Of a DNA stretch of 64,000 bases, positions 1 through 11,780 are shown one piece after another; positions within the stretch are counted from its first letter, which is position 1; the number at the start of each line of letters is the position of its first letter. The translations under genes were made by a program, and so were the position numbers. The stretch comes from Malacoraja senta (lineage: Eukaryota): positions 7,006,001-7,070,000 of the forward strand of contig CM075990.1 of assembly GCA_038087875.1 (NCBI GenBank), written 5' to 3'. The notes beneath the pieces were generated by a model. It was not told the DNA's origin. It searched no databases and was given only the letters and a program-made list of their open reading frames with translations.

Positions 1-210
1 GGGCTTCAACATCGGGAGCCTCGATGGCATCGATGCAGCAGTTTGATTTTAAGCCGCGCCGGGCGCTGAAAGGCCCCGCAAATGGGCCGATTCTGCCCAT
101 AGAAAGCGTCTGATAAAGTCCGGATTACAAAACATGGGAGGCATCGTCCCCCACCTATCAAAGCAGGGGGGGGGGTTCCCCCCTGTCCCCCCCAGGATTT
201 CCGCCCCCTG
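1..210. mobile_element. Truncated non-autonomous DNA-transposon-like fragment (right end)
   Basis: GC-rich repeat-like sequence ending ...ggatttccgccccctg (reverse complement CAGGGGGCGG..., hAT-like terminus); left end outside the window. Confidence 0.3.
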
Positions 211-793
211 TGTGAAGACCCCATGGCATGATCCAAAGAATGGGGCTGCTCTCCTTGTGCCTTGGTCTCCATTATCTAACCAGTGCTGCTCACTACTGAT
301 GGGACTTGGTGCTGCTGCCATTTGTATTTTACAAGAGCAGCTTACTTCAATGTCTGCGTTGGGAAATTGTTTAGCAGCAAGGGACAATTCAACCCATCAG
401 GCCTATCATCCGTTTATGTAACGTGCTCCTGCTTGACAGTTCTGGAATTTTAACAGCGCATTCTCTCTTCCCTTTCCAGCTCCCTGCAGTTCACACACAA
501 GCAAAGGCTTTGATGGCAAGCCCAAGGACAAAGAGTATTTACTCGAAATTTCAGCGCACAGTTGAAGTTTATAGCAATGAATTACGGGTTAGCTCAATAA
601 CCAGGCAACGGGGACTCGGAAAGCATCTCATGAATGCTGCCGAGGACAAGCTCTGCCTTGTGGTATTTGCCATCGTTCATCTGCCCTGTGATGACTTTCC
701 ACGTATGAATACAGAGACCTCTGGCTTTGTACACATCCTTGCAGATGGACTCGTCACAAATGGTTGAGGCGGATGTAAATAACGCTGTATTTT

Positions 794-1187
794 ACAGCAT
801 CTCATATTTCGCTCGGGCAACTTACAACCCAGTGGTATGAATATTGATTTATCTAACTTCAAGGACCCCCTGCATTCCCTCTCTCTCCATCTCTCCCCAA
901 CTCAAGTCGTACCAGCTTCAAAGTCGTCTTGTTGAGTCTCATTGTCTGTAACTCGTTCTCACCTAACCAATAGCTAACAATAACGTGTTTTCTTTATCAT
1001 CATTACTTTTTGACTTATCTTTCATTCATTTGTTCTATACCTCTCTACACCACCGTCTATATCTCTTGTTTCCCTCTCCCGACTCTCCAGTCTGAAGAAG
1101 GATCTCGACCCGAAACCTCACCTATTCCTTTTCTCCAGAGATGCAGCCTGACCCGCTGAGTCACTCCAGCTTTTGGTGTCTTTCTTC
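794..1187 (+). mobile_element. Penelope-like element 3' fragment (end of GIY-YIG ORF plus pLTR with hammerhead-like motif)
   Basis: Encodes QHLIFRSGNLQPSGMNIDLSNFK, matching the ORF end at 61395-61889; followed by ctgaagaaggatctcgacccgaaac near 1092. Confidence 0.8.
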
Positions 1188-1392
1188 TGTATTTAGGACA
1201 ACTGGGTTTGAAACAAACAGCTCTCTTTCGCTTTTAAATCCCAATAAATGCTTATACTTAAATACCACTCACTTGACTTGTCAATGCAAAGTTAACAAGG
1301 TTCAATAAAACTTTTCAATCCTTTACTCAATCTGTACGAATGGGTGAATGATTTGTCCTTTCCACCTTTTTCTGCTGTTACTTTGTATTAAT

Positions 1393-1708
1393 TTAGTTTA
1401 TTTTAGTATCGAGATACAGCGCGGAAACAGCCCACCGGGTCTGCACCAACCAGCGATCCACACACATTAACACTACCCTACACAAACCAGGGATAATTTA
1501 CACATACACCAAGCCAATTAACCTACAACCCTGTACGTCTTTGGAGTGTGGGAAGAAACCAAAGATCTCGGAGAAAACGCACGCAGATCACGGGGAGAAC
1601 GTACTAACTCCGGACAGACAGCACCCGTAGTTGGGATCGAACCCGGGACTCCGGCACTTCAAGCGCTGTAAGGCAGCAACTTTACCGCTGCGCCACCGTG
1701 CCGCCCTG
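1393..1708 (-). mobile_element. HE1-type tRNA-derived V-SINE
   Basis: Minus-strand head gggcggcacggtggcgcagcgg (A box) and ggttcgatccc (B box), V-domain-like core, CR1-derived tail with taaac repeats. Confidence 0.85.
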
Positions 1709-2463
1709 ATTCAAATGAACAAACATGATTTTTTTTTCCATATCTGGAAAATGACAGAATGTAATTGCAGAGGCCATTCTGCCCAATCTGCCTGTACTGG
1801 CCCTTTGAAGAGGAAACCTTGGTGACCTCTACACAAAGCTGGTCTGGTAAACAAGGGCAGGAATGTAGACCACCTCAGATCCTGACACTGCACATGATGC
1901 AGGGAAGCCATTAATGGTTTCTTTATCATCACATGTACCAAGGTACAGTGAAATACTTTTCTGCATACAGATCAGCAAGACTATCACCATATATAAGCAC
2001 AATCCCCCGGTTAGTACGGAATATATGGAACAGCCCATTGAGTCCATGTGCAAGGGGCAGCATTTTACAGTCCCAGCTGCAGCTAGCCACAAAGACCCAT
2101 TGCAGCCGTCACCTCCATTCCGGTCATCCCGCGAACCGTCGTCCCACTCCTTCCATGGCCCTCGTCAGCCATTGTTCCCCTGAGGGTGCAGAAGGTTAGA
2201 CCCACCCTGGCTCTTCTGCCCAACATCCGCCGCTGTCTACCGTCATTTTCTTCTCCGATTCCCGGTCATCAGGGGTGAGCAAGGGTGGGCTCGCCGACCT
2301 CCCTCTCCGGGTGCATTCCCGGATCCGCTGTGGGCGATCCGGGCCAACTGTTGGAAAATGGCCGCGGCCCGCCAGGAGACAATCCCGCCGCATGCAGCTC
2401 GAATCAGTGCAAGGTGAGTCTCAACCCAGGCAGGCAGGGCTGGGGGATGTAAAACACATGTAC

Positions 2464-2771
2464 TTAGTTTAGTTTAGAGATACAGTGTGGAAACAGGCCC
2501 TTCGGCCCACCGGGTCCGCGTCGACCAGCGATCCCCGCATATTGACACACTAGGGACACATTTTTTACATTTACCAAGCCAATTTACCTACATACCTGTA
2601 CGTCTTTGTGAGTGTGGGAGGAAACCGAAGATCTCGGAGAAAACCCACGCGGGTCACAGGGAGAACGTACAAACTCCCTACAGACAGCACCCATAGTCGG
2701 GATCAAACCCGGTTCTCCGGTGCTGCAAGTGCTGTAAGGTAGCAACTCTACCGCTGCGCCACTGTGCCGCC
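2464..2771 (-). mobile_element. HE1-type V-SINE
   Basis: Same head, core and tail as 1393-1708. Confidence 0.85.
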
Positions 2772-3430
2772 TACTTGGAGCAAGGACGCACCCAGCTCTA
2801 CTCCACAGGACTCGGGTGAAGATTTCATGAGGGAGAAGGCAGAAGACAGTCATAGGTGAAGAGTACGTTGATAGTTTCTATTGACGGCCGCCATTTATTA
2901 TTCATCCTGACTCGAAGGACAGTCAATTAGCAGTCATAGCTGGTGGTTAAGAAGTCGCAAGTAGATAGGTCAGACCAGGCAAGGACAGCATATTCCCTCC
3001 TGGGAATTGTAGGACAATGCAGCTGTTTATTATCACGGTAACTGGGGGTTATTTAATTCTCAGTTCAGATTTATTTGATTACTTGGATGCTGAGCTGCCA
3101 CATCGGGATTCGAATGCCTGTCTCTGGATCAATGATCCAGAACTCTGGCTGCTAGTCCTGTAACTTAACCACTACTCTACCAGACCCCTGCACGCGTGAG
3201 GCTATCAGTCCTGCCTAAAGGCCTGCACCAAATGTCATGGGGCATGTGAGAATCAAACTTCGTGGGGATTTTGTGGGGGGAAATAAAGACTTATAGTGCT
3301 GGAGTAACTCAGCAGGTCAGGCAGCATCCTGGGAGAACATGGATAGGTAACGTCTCGGGTTGGGAAGGGTCCCAACCCGAAATACCACCTATCCACAATC
3401 TCCAGGGATGCTGCCTGACCTGCTGAGTTA

Positions 3431-3760
3431 AAGCCCTGGCCCACTGTATGAGTTAATTCAAGAGTTCTCCTGAGTTTGCCCTGATTAGAACTCGGAGATT
3501 TATGGTAATGGCCGCTCGCAGGTACTGGGGGCTCTCGTGGACATTTTTCAACATGTTGAAAAATGTTGAAACATGTTGAAAAATCTTCCCGAGTCTTCCC
3601 GAGTTTCCCAAGTACCTGCCGTTCGCGTTACGAGCCGCTAAGAGACGTCCCCGAGCTCCGACGTACCCGCTACGTTCATTCTCCGTGCTTACCACGAGTT
3701 TGATTTTTTTTTTAACTCGGGAGAGCTCTTGAATGAACTCGTACCGTGGGACAGGGGCTT
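3431..3760. mobile_element. PIF/Harbinger-type MITE inserted into a Penelope-derived mini-element
   Basis: TIRs aagccctggcccac / gtgggacaggggctt; TTA duplication at 3428-3430 and 3761-3763; host reads gctgag|tta|ctccagc. Confidence 0.85.
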
Positions 3761-4284
3761 TTACTCCAGCGTTCTGCATCTTTTGTTTTGTGAACCTGCA
3801 GCTCACAGTTCTTTGTTTCCACCGGCTTTTCATGGAGCTTGGAGTTGATCCATTCCAGTGTGGAATTAGTAGCAAGCTCCTTTGCAACCCCTGTGGAACC
3901 AACACAGTTTCACCATCACATGGGTAATCTCCCAGCTCTCATTACAGCTAAATACTTGCAGGAGGCCGATGAGGTGGTTGAGGCCCATGAGGTGATTGAG
4001 GCAGGTACACCAAGACATTTGGACGGTGCGTGGATAGAAAGGTGCAGAGAAATGTTGGCTAACCGTGGGCAGGTGGGGCAAACACAGATGAGCAAGTTGG
4101 GCCGAAGGGCCTGTTTCCGTGCTTTGCGACTATAACTCTAATCTCCATACCTGATAACACCAAGTGCTGATCACTTCAATGGCAGTCGTGCTAGTGGAAT
4201 CGCATAGTTGTACAAACTCCACTGGAGGAGAGGAAAGTCAAAGCTGTATTCATTCAAGAACTGCAACAGAACGTTTAGAGATGA

Positions 4285-4450
4285 TTTCTCTTTTTTCTTA
4301 ATCTCAACCTTTCCTTTTTATCAGTGTAAAAAATGACGGAGTACATTAATTGTAATAAGATATACGTGATGAGTACTAATGTAATTGGTTGTAATGTAAT
4401 GTACTTCTAATAAATAAAAATTTAAAAAATTAAAAAAATTAAAAAAAGAA
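4285..4450 (+). mobile_element. L1-like 3' UTR / poly(A) fragment
   Basis: Similar to 16900-17013; ends tacttctaataaataaaa plus A-rich tail. Confidence 0.65.
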
Positions 4451-4697
4451 ATGATTCTAATTGCAAGGCTACTCACGGGTGCCATGGAGCTCCTGATGAT
4501 ATCATTCAAACCCCGTTCAACATGAGAAAACGTACTACCAGCACCTGACCTCGGTGCTCCGATACACTTACATCAAGGCAAACCGGCATTTCAAACAGAA
4601 CCTTTCATGCTGCCTGGAGTGCATTTCCAGCACAGTGTGTGTGTGTGTGTGTGTGTCAGAGTGGTATGCTACATGAACAGGAACATAGTGTACTCAA

Positions 4698-4918
4698 ATA
4701 GACACAAAATGCTGGAGTAACTCAGCGGGACGAGCAGCATTTCTGGAGGGAAGGAAGGGGTGACTTTACGGGTCGAGACCCTTCTTCAGAACTTTCTTCT
4801 CGACCCGAAACGTCACCCATTCCTTCTCTCCAGAGATGCTGCCTGTCCCGCTGAGTTATTCCAGCATTTTGTGTCTATCTTCGATTTAAACTAGCATCTG
4901 TAGTTCTTTCCAATACAT
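4698..4918. mobile_element. Penelope-derived fold-back mini-element (inverted pLTR copies)
   Basis: atagacacaaaatgctggagtaactcagc... and its reverse complement ...ccagcattttgtgtctat form ~80-bp arms. Confidence 0.8.
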
Positions 4919-5171
4919 AGGACGTTTGTTTGTATGTACTCACACATGCCCCACAGTAAGAAACGTCTACAGGGGCCGCTCTGCCCCACGTACCGCTTGA
5001 GAAACCTGTCAATACCATGTTCTCTCTTCTGCTTTGATCTTCAGTGACATTTAACCTCAGCCATATAGGAACGTTTCAACCCTCAGCCGAACAGATCAAT
5101 CGGTCTCGGCTCATTCAACTACCGAGTCTGTAAACTTAGGGCATGAACCTTAAGTTGGCATGGCCACTGGT

Positions 5172-5596
5172 TCATAAGTTCATAAGTGATAGGAGCAGAA
5201 TTAGGCCAGTCGGCCCATCAAGTCTACTCCACCATTCAATCATGGCTGATGTATCTCTCCCTCCTAACCCCGTTCTCCTGCCTTCTCCCCATAACCCCTG
5301 ACACCCGTACTAAACAGAATCTATCTATCTATCTGTGCCTTAAATATATCCATTGATTTGACCTGCACAGCCTTGTGTGGCGATGAATTCCACAGATTCA
5401 CCACCCTCTGACTAAAGAGATTCCTCTTCATCTCCTTCCTAAAGGATTGTCCTTTAATTCTGAGGCCTCTATGACCTCTGGTCTCTCCCACTAGTGGAAA
5501 CATCCTCTCCCTGTCCACTCTATCCAAGCCTTTCATATTCGGTAACTTTCAATGAGGTTCCCCCTCATCCTTCTAAACTCCAGCGAGTAGAGGCCC
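5172..5596 (-). mobile_element. CR1/HER1-like LINE 3' fragment
   Basis: ORF 5321-5536 KGLDRVD...FSQRVVNLWNS is a CR1 ORF2 C-terminus. Confidence 0.85.
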
Positions 5597-6147
5597 TTCA
5601 ATCGCCAAAGTGGGAGCCAACAGCATAATCCTCCTGCAACTAGGACATAGAGCCACACATCACGGAAACAGGCCCTTCAGCCCCAACTCATCCATGCTGA
5701 ACAATTTTTCTAATGCCACTCACCCATTTCAGTTCCGCTCAAATACCTGGATCGACTACGGAGCCTAGAAGATGGAGTCAACCAATGAATATTTTAATTA
5801 TGGTTAAGCACCTGAACGCACAAGGCCACCAATCATCTAAGTGCAGAAAAGTGCAATTTAAAAGAAGAAAGTTATTTGAAACAGGCATAATTTATTATTA
5901 AAATATTGAAGATACATGCGCAGAGTTTCAATCTATTGTCCTGTTGCCAAGACTATGGGCTTTGCTTTGACATCAATATTGAATTTGAACCGGTTGTTAA
6001 GAGTATAGTCACCACCTCTGGGCACTAAATATCTCTGTGATTTCTTATCTAATTACATTGCTATCTATTATTAAAACATAAGCTTACCAACGCCCATGGT
6101 TAGAAGACAGAGGTTTTTACTCATATTTTGACTTACCACACAGACTC

Positions 6148-6432
6148 TAGTTCAGAGATACATCATGGAAACAGGCACTTCGGCCCACCGAGTCCATGCT
6201 GACCAGCGATCCCCATACACTAGTTCTATTCCACATGCTAGGGGAAGTTTACAGAAGCCAATTAACCTACAAACTTGTACGTCTTTGGAGTGTGAGAGGA
6301 AACCGAGCACCTGGAGAAAACCCACGCGGTCACAGGGAGAACGTACATACTCCGTACAAACGGCAACTGTAGCCAGGATCGAACCCGGGTCTCTGGCATT
6401 GTAAGGCAGCAACTCCACCGCTGCGCCACTGC
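6148..6432 (-). mobile_element. HE1-type V-SINE
   Basis: A/B boxes, conserved core and tail. Confidence 0.85.
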
Positions 6433-6479
6433 CAATGAGAAATCCACTTTGTGAACATCTGTACATGTGATAATAAATT

Positions 6480-6592
6480 CTGAAGAAGGGTCTCGACCCA
6501 AAACGTCACCCACTCCTTCTCTCCAGAGATGCTGCCTGTCCCGCTGAGTTACTCCAGCATTTTGTGTATATCTTCGGTTTCAACCAGCATCT
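6480..6592 (+). mobile_element. Penelope-derived mini-element with hammerhead-like motif
   Basis: ctgaagaagggtctcgacccaaaacgtcacc followed by the family tail. Confidence 0.75.
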
Positions 6593-7820
6593 ACACAATG
6601 ACGCTTACAGTGTCACTTTAGATTATCAGGACTCACGTCCTGACCCACACTACAGTGTTGATGAGTGGTTTACATGTTCAGCAACCTTCTGACCAGAGGG
6701 AAGGACAACCTGGTTGCATTTTGGAGACTCAAACTTTAAACATTGAGCCAACTAACTAATTTCTTCTAAAGTTGAATATGTGATTTTTAAAGATGCAAAT
6801 TCCAGAGTTTTAAAACTGAGAAAAGGCAGATCATATGTGGCACATAGAACAGGCCCTTCGGCCCATTATGTCTCCACCGAACATGATGCCGAGACCCTTA
6901 TACATCATGACAGGAGGCTGCCATTTGATCTGACCAGGATTTTCTCCTCACCTTACTTCCCCGTACCCCCTGCCACTTGTTCTTCCTCACTCGTGCCTTT
7001 CGACTCTCCCTTGATACAATTTTTCCACTAGCCTACAACAAGGGATTATTTACAGTGGGTTGCTAACCTACCAGGGAGAAAACTCGTACATTCGCCAGGC
7101 AAATTGTAAGCGCTGCACAGACAGCAGCAGGATTGTGTCGGAAGGAACTGTAGATGCTGGTTTAAATCGAAGATAGACACAAAATGCTGGAGTTACTCCG
7201 TATCCCTGGAGAGAAGGAATTTCTTCACCTTCTTCAGACTGAATGGGTGACATTTCGGGTCTCGACCCGAAACAGTCTGAAGAAGGGTCTTGACCCGAAA
7301 TGGCACCCATTGCTTCTCTCCAGAGATCCCGCTGAGTTACTCCAGCATTTTGCATCTATCAGCACCAGGATTGAATCCACTTGTCTAACTGATGCGTCCC
7401 GGCAAGAGTGGAGGACAACCCGCGGTCTTGGGCTGGACAAAGTGAAAGCAGAAGATGATAGGATGAGTACAAGTTGGTGGAGCAGAGTGATTGAAGGATT
7501 GAAGTTTGTATAGCAGAAATTGAGGGATAATAAGCAAGCAATATTCCGTGCTGCACTTGGGTTTCGTGTCGTTTAGAGGTACAGCATGAAAACAGGCCCA
7601 ACGGCCCACCGAGCCCACACCGATCATCCTTTCACACCACTTCTCTGTTCCCACTTTCTCACCCACTCCCTACCGAGGGGCAATTTACAGAGGCCAAAAA
7701 ATGAGCAAACTTGCACATCTCTCGGATGTTGGAGGAAACTGTAGCGCCCGGTGGAATCTCATTCAGTCACAGAGAGAACATGCAAACTCCACACAGACAG
7801 TACTCGAGATCAGGATTTAA

Positions 7821-8020
7821 NNNNNNNNNNNNNNNNNNNNNNNNNNNNNNNNNNNNNNNNNNNNNNNNNNNNNNNNNNNNNNNNNNNNNNNNNNNNNNNN
7901 NNNNNNNNNNNNNNNNNNNNNNNNNNNNNNNNNNNNNNNNNNNNNNNNNNNNNNNNNNNNNNNNNNNNNNNNNNNNNNNNNNNNNNNNNNNNNNNNNNNN
8001 NNNNNNNNNNNNNNNNNNNN
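7821..8020. other. Assembly gap (200 N)
   Basis: Run of N. Confidence 1.
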
Positions 8021-9009
8021 GGGTATTTTTAAACCTGGGATTGATAGGTTCTTGATCAGTAGGGGTGTCAAAGGTCATGGGGAGAAGGCAGGAGAATGGG
8101 ATTGATAGGAAAGATTAGATCAGCCATGATCGAATGGCAGAGTAGACATGATGGGCCAAATGGCCTAATTCTGCTCCTATATCTAATGGTGTAAAAGAGC
8201 ACTGAATGCAGCAGACTAGAATCGTGACGTTTTTGCCGCAGCTGTCTTCATTGATAGTGAAAAAATAATTGAGGCCTTTATGAATAAGTCATTTCAGACG
8301 GTGGAAGACGCATTTAACAGAAACATGAATCAGCGCAGGAAATATGTGATGAGTCAGTCAGGGTCTGTGAAAGATGGGCTTCTGGAGGCTTCAGACGCAT
8401 AACATGAATATGTTGTTTCAGGTACAAACATCATCACCTCTACCAGAAAATTAAACAGCAGAATTCTGTTTCTGCATTTCAAGGGTTTTCAACCTGACCT
8501 GTTAATTCAGTTTCGTTTTCGACAGACATCTTGTTTTCAGCATATCTTCTTTCTAATTTATATTCATAAGGGTCACGTCCAAGAAGAGCTTCCTCTCATC
8601 AACCACCTGCATAACCCCAACCACAACCTTACCACAGCAACAAACTACTTAGATTTAGCTCTTAGGGCTAAAGGAATCAAGGGATATGGAGAAAACGCAG
8701 GAACGGGGTACTGATTTTAGATGATCATATTGAATGTGGTGCTGGATCGAAGGGCCGAATGGCCCACTCCTGCACCTATTTATCTTTGTTTCTATGTTCT
8801 ATGTTTCTAAAGGCCAATCTCATTACTCATCTGTGCACTGCTGATGGGAGAGAACAGACGTTTAATGTGGAGGAAGGGCAACCAAACAAGTGGATTGTGT
8901 CCTGGCTGGTGGCGAGTGTCTTGACCAAAGATACTAGAGGAGCTATCTTTGGCCTTGACGGACGTTGAAGCTGTAACCGTCTTAAAAAATTGAATGTTCC
9001 ATTACACTG

Positions 9010-9490
9010 CCATTTTACAAGAATGATCCCAGGAATGAGTGGGTTAACCTATGATCAGTGTTTGTCGGCACTGGGCCTCTACTCGCTGAAGTTTAGAAGA
9101 ATGAGGGGGGGCCTCATTGAAACGTACAGAATAGTGAAAGGCTTGGATAGAGTGGATGTGGAGGGGATGTTTCCACTAGTGGGAGAGACTGGGACCAGAG
9201 GTCATAGCCTCAGAACTAAAGGACTTTCTTTTAGGAAGGAGATGAGGAGAAATTTCTTTAGTCAGAGGGTGGTGAATCTGTGGAATTCTTTGGCACAGAA
9301 GGTTGTCGAGGCCAAGTCAGTAGATATTTTTTAAGGCAGGGATAGATAGATCCTTGATTAGGATGTGTCAGGCATTATGGGGAGAAGGAAGGAGAATGGG
9401 GTCAGGAGGGAGGGATAGATCAGCCATGATTGAATGGCAGAGTAGACGAAGGGCCGAATGGCCTAATTCTACTCCTATCACTTATTACAT
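9010..9490 (+). mobile_element. CR1/HER1-like LINE 3' fragment
   Basis: ORF 8990-9334 FTRMIPGMSGL...FFSQRVVNLWNSL; CR1 tail. Confidence 0.85.
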
Positions 9491-9550
9491 CTTTAAATGG
9501 CAGAAGCATTGTTACTCTTGTCTGGCTTTTTAACCATCTATATTACTATT

Positions 9551-10424
9551 TCGGTGGGCGGTGCGACTTTCGTCTGCAGCGGCCTCTGCAGTCCGTCTGT
9601 CTTTTTATTATTTTTGTCTCGTTTTTATGTAGTTTTTTATTTATTTTTTTGTCGGGGTATGTGTGTGGGGGGGTGGGGGTGGGGGTGGGGGGGGGAAACT
9701 TTGAAATCTTTCCGCTGCACGGGAGACCCGACCTTTTCTTTGTCGGGTCTCCGTTGTCGTTGGGGCTGGGCAACGTGGAGCGGCCTCCAGCAGGAACGAC
9801 CTGGGGCTCCAGTTGTGGAGCTGCGGACTACTCACCGTCGCGGGGCTGGCCGAGTCCGGAGCGGGTGGAGCTGTGGTGGAGCGCTGCTGCTACCCGACCG
9901 CTGGAGATTCGGAGGCTACAACCGCGGGTCTGGCGGACGGCAACACCGGAAGCCCGCGGGTCCCCTGGTGGGAGACCGCTTTTCGGGGCTTCCGCAGTGG
10001 CGACTTCTCCCGCCCGAGTTGCGGGGTTGAAGAGCACCTGGAGCGGGGCTTTATCCCCCCGCGCGGCTTGGAATGGCCACCGAACTTTGCGGGTGCACGC
10101 CGGGGCTCTAACACCAAGACCCGGTGCGCGACCTTGCATCACCCGGCGTGGCTTTAATGGCTGCGGGACAATCACCATCGCCCGCCGGGGGCTTTGACTT
10201 TGACTCTGACATCGGGGGGGGGGGGGGAGGGGGAGTGCAGTGGAGAGATACGTTTTTTTGCCTTCCATCACAGCACTGTGATGGATGTATGTGTAAATTG
10301 TGTTGTGTCTCGGGTCTTCTTCGTTTTGTATTGTATGGCTGCAGAAACGACATTTCGTTTGGACCTCAAGGGGTCCAAATGGCAAATTTGTCCAAAAGAC
10401 AAATAAATTGAATTGAAAAAAAAA
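9551..10424 (+). mobile_element. GC-rich non-autonomous retroelement with Rex1-like 3' hairpin tail
   Basis: CpG-rich body, ccttccatcacag motif shared with 19010-19216 and 57903-58485, terminal hairpin then aataaattgaattgaaa and A run. Confidence 0.6.
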
Positions 10425-10425
10425 A

Positions 10426-11780
10426 TAAAAGTCTGATCTTGACCGCTTTTGGCTCGCTGTGCTGTGATTTCCGAGAGAACGCCGCCACCTACGGCCGTCA
10501 TTTTTGGCCACCTCGCTAAGAGCCTCCCTCCGCCTGCCTGGACTGGAGGATTTTTCCCATCGATGAAAAATCAGAGATATATTAATGTTTTCAAAAATGT
10601 TGCCATTCTCTCTGCTGCCCCTGCTGGGAGGGGGGAGGGACTATAAAACCCGGAAGTGGTGTGCCTCACTCAGTCTCTGCAAGATGGAAGAAGCGAGAGG
10701 TTCACGTCTCTCTGAGCTCTGAATAACACTGAACACATGTCTACTCAACTGTAAGTGCCCTTAATGTGGTTTGAAAATGAACATATGGTTGGTTTGAAGT
10801 AAAAAGGCAGTGCAAATGGTTGTTTGGGGGGGTTTTGTGTAGAAGTAAAAAGGTAGTGCAAATGGATGTTTGGGGGGGGGGAGTTTGGGTTATGGGGAGG
10901 ACGACAGATGGCGCAATGGGCTAAGTGTTCGGCTGGCAACCGGAAGGTAGCCGGTTTGAATCCCGCTTGGAGTGCATACTGTCGTTGTGTCCTTGGGCAA
11001 GACACTTCACCCACCTTTGCCTGCGTGTGAATGTGTGTGAATGTGTGTGAGTGATTGGTGGTGGTCGGAGGGGCCGTAGGCGCAGATTAGCAGCCACGCT
11101 TCCGTCAGTCTGCCCCAGGGCAGCTGTGGCTACAGAAGTAGTTCACCACCACCGAGTGTGACTGAGGAGTGAATGAATAATGCGATATAAAGCGCCTTGA
11201 GTATTAGAAAGGCGCTATATAAATCCCATCCATTATTATTATTATCAACCCAAACCCCCCCAAACAACCTTTTTACTTCAACCCCAAACCCCCCCAAACA
11301 ACCATTTGCACTGCCTTTTTGCTTCAACCCCCCCCCCCCCAAACAACCATTTGCACTGCCTTTTTACTTCAACCCAACCCACCACCCAAACAACCATTTG
11401 CACTGCCTTTTTACTTCAACCCAAAAAAACAAAACAACCATTTGCACAAATGGATTTGAATTTGGTGGCCTTGCACTCTGCTTGAAATGGAATTTCAAGG
11501 AATAGCCGTGAGTCAACTGTCAGCCCACCAGCTGTGAGTGAGCTCCCAGCACATCAGGCTGAGGGACTGAGCTGCCACTCCAAGAATCCATTTGGCCCAC
11601 AATGTCCATACTAGCCCTCTGGAGACCAGTAGTCCCTGCAGCCAACAAAACCCATACCAGCGCTCCAGAAAGCCCCCCACTGGCCACCAATATTGGAATT
11701 GGTGGAGAGGTGGAATATTGCATTGGGGGACCAGCCCTCCCGTGTGATCATGGGACCCAACGGGTCCTACTTAGGCCAGT
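10426..11780 (+). mobile_element. Non-autonomous Helitron-like element with internal inverted repeats
   Basis: 3' end gggacccaacgggtcct hairpin followed by acttaggccagt (degenerate CTAG); inverted arrays at 10789-10890 vs 11246-11450. Confidence 0.5.
10893..11243 (+). mobile_element. tRNA-derived CORE-type SINE with L2-like tail (AFC/teleost-like)
   Basis: A box tggcgcaatggg, B box ggtttgaatccc, CORE-like gtgtccttgggcaagacacttcaccc, tail taaagcgccttgagtattagaaaggcgctatataaat plus (ATT)n. Confidence 0.8.

Noticed and set aside
8230-8402. Possible plus-strand terminal exon (AVFIDSEKIIEAFMNK...)
   Set aside because: About 53 codons, no recognisable homology or linked exon; compatible with chance
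9551-9605. HDV-like ribozyme at the 5' end of the GC-rich element
   Set aside because: Only a simple hairpin can be drawn; no P3/L3 or P2/J4-2 arrangement fits
9430-10511. 255-aa and 227-aa ORFs
   Set aside because: Open frames on both strands of a GC-rich non-coding repeat; no domain motifs
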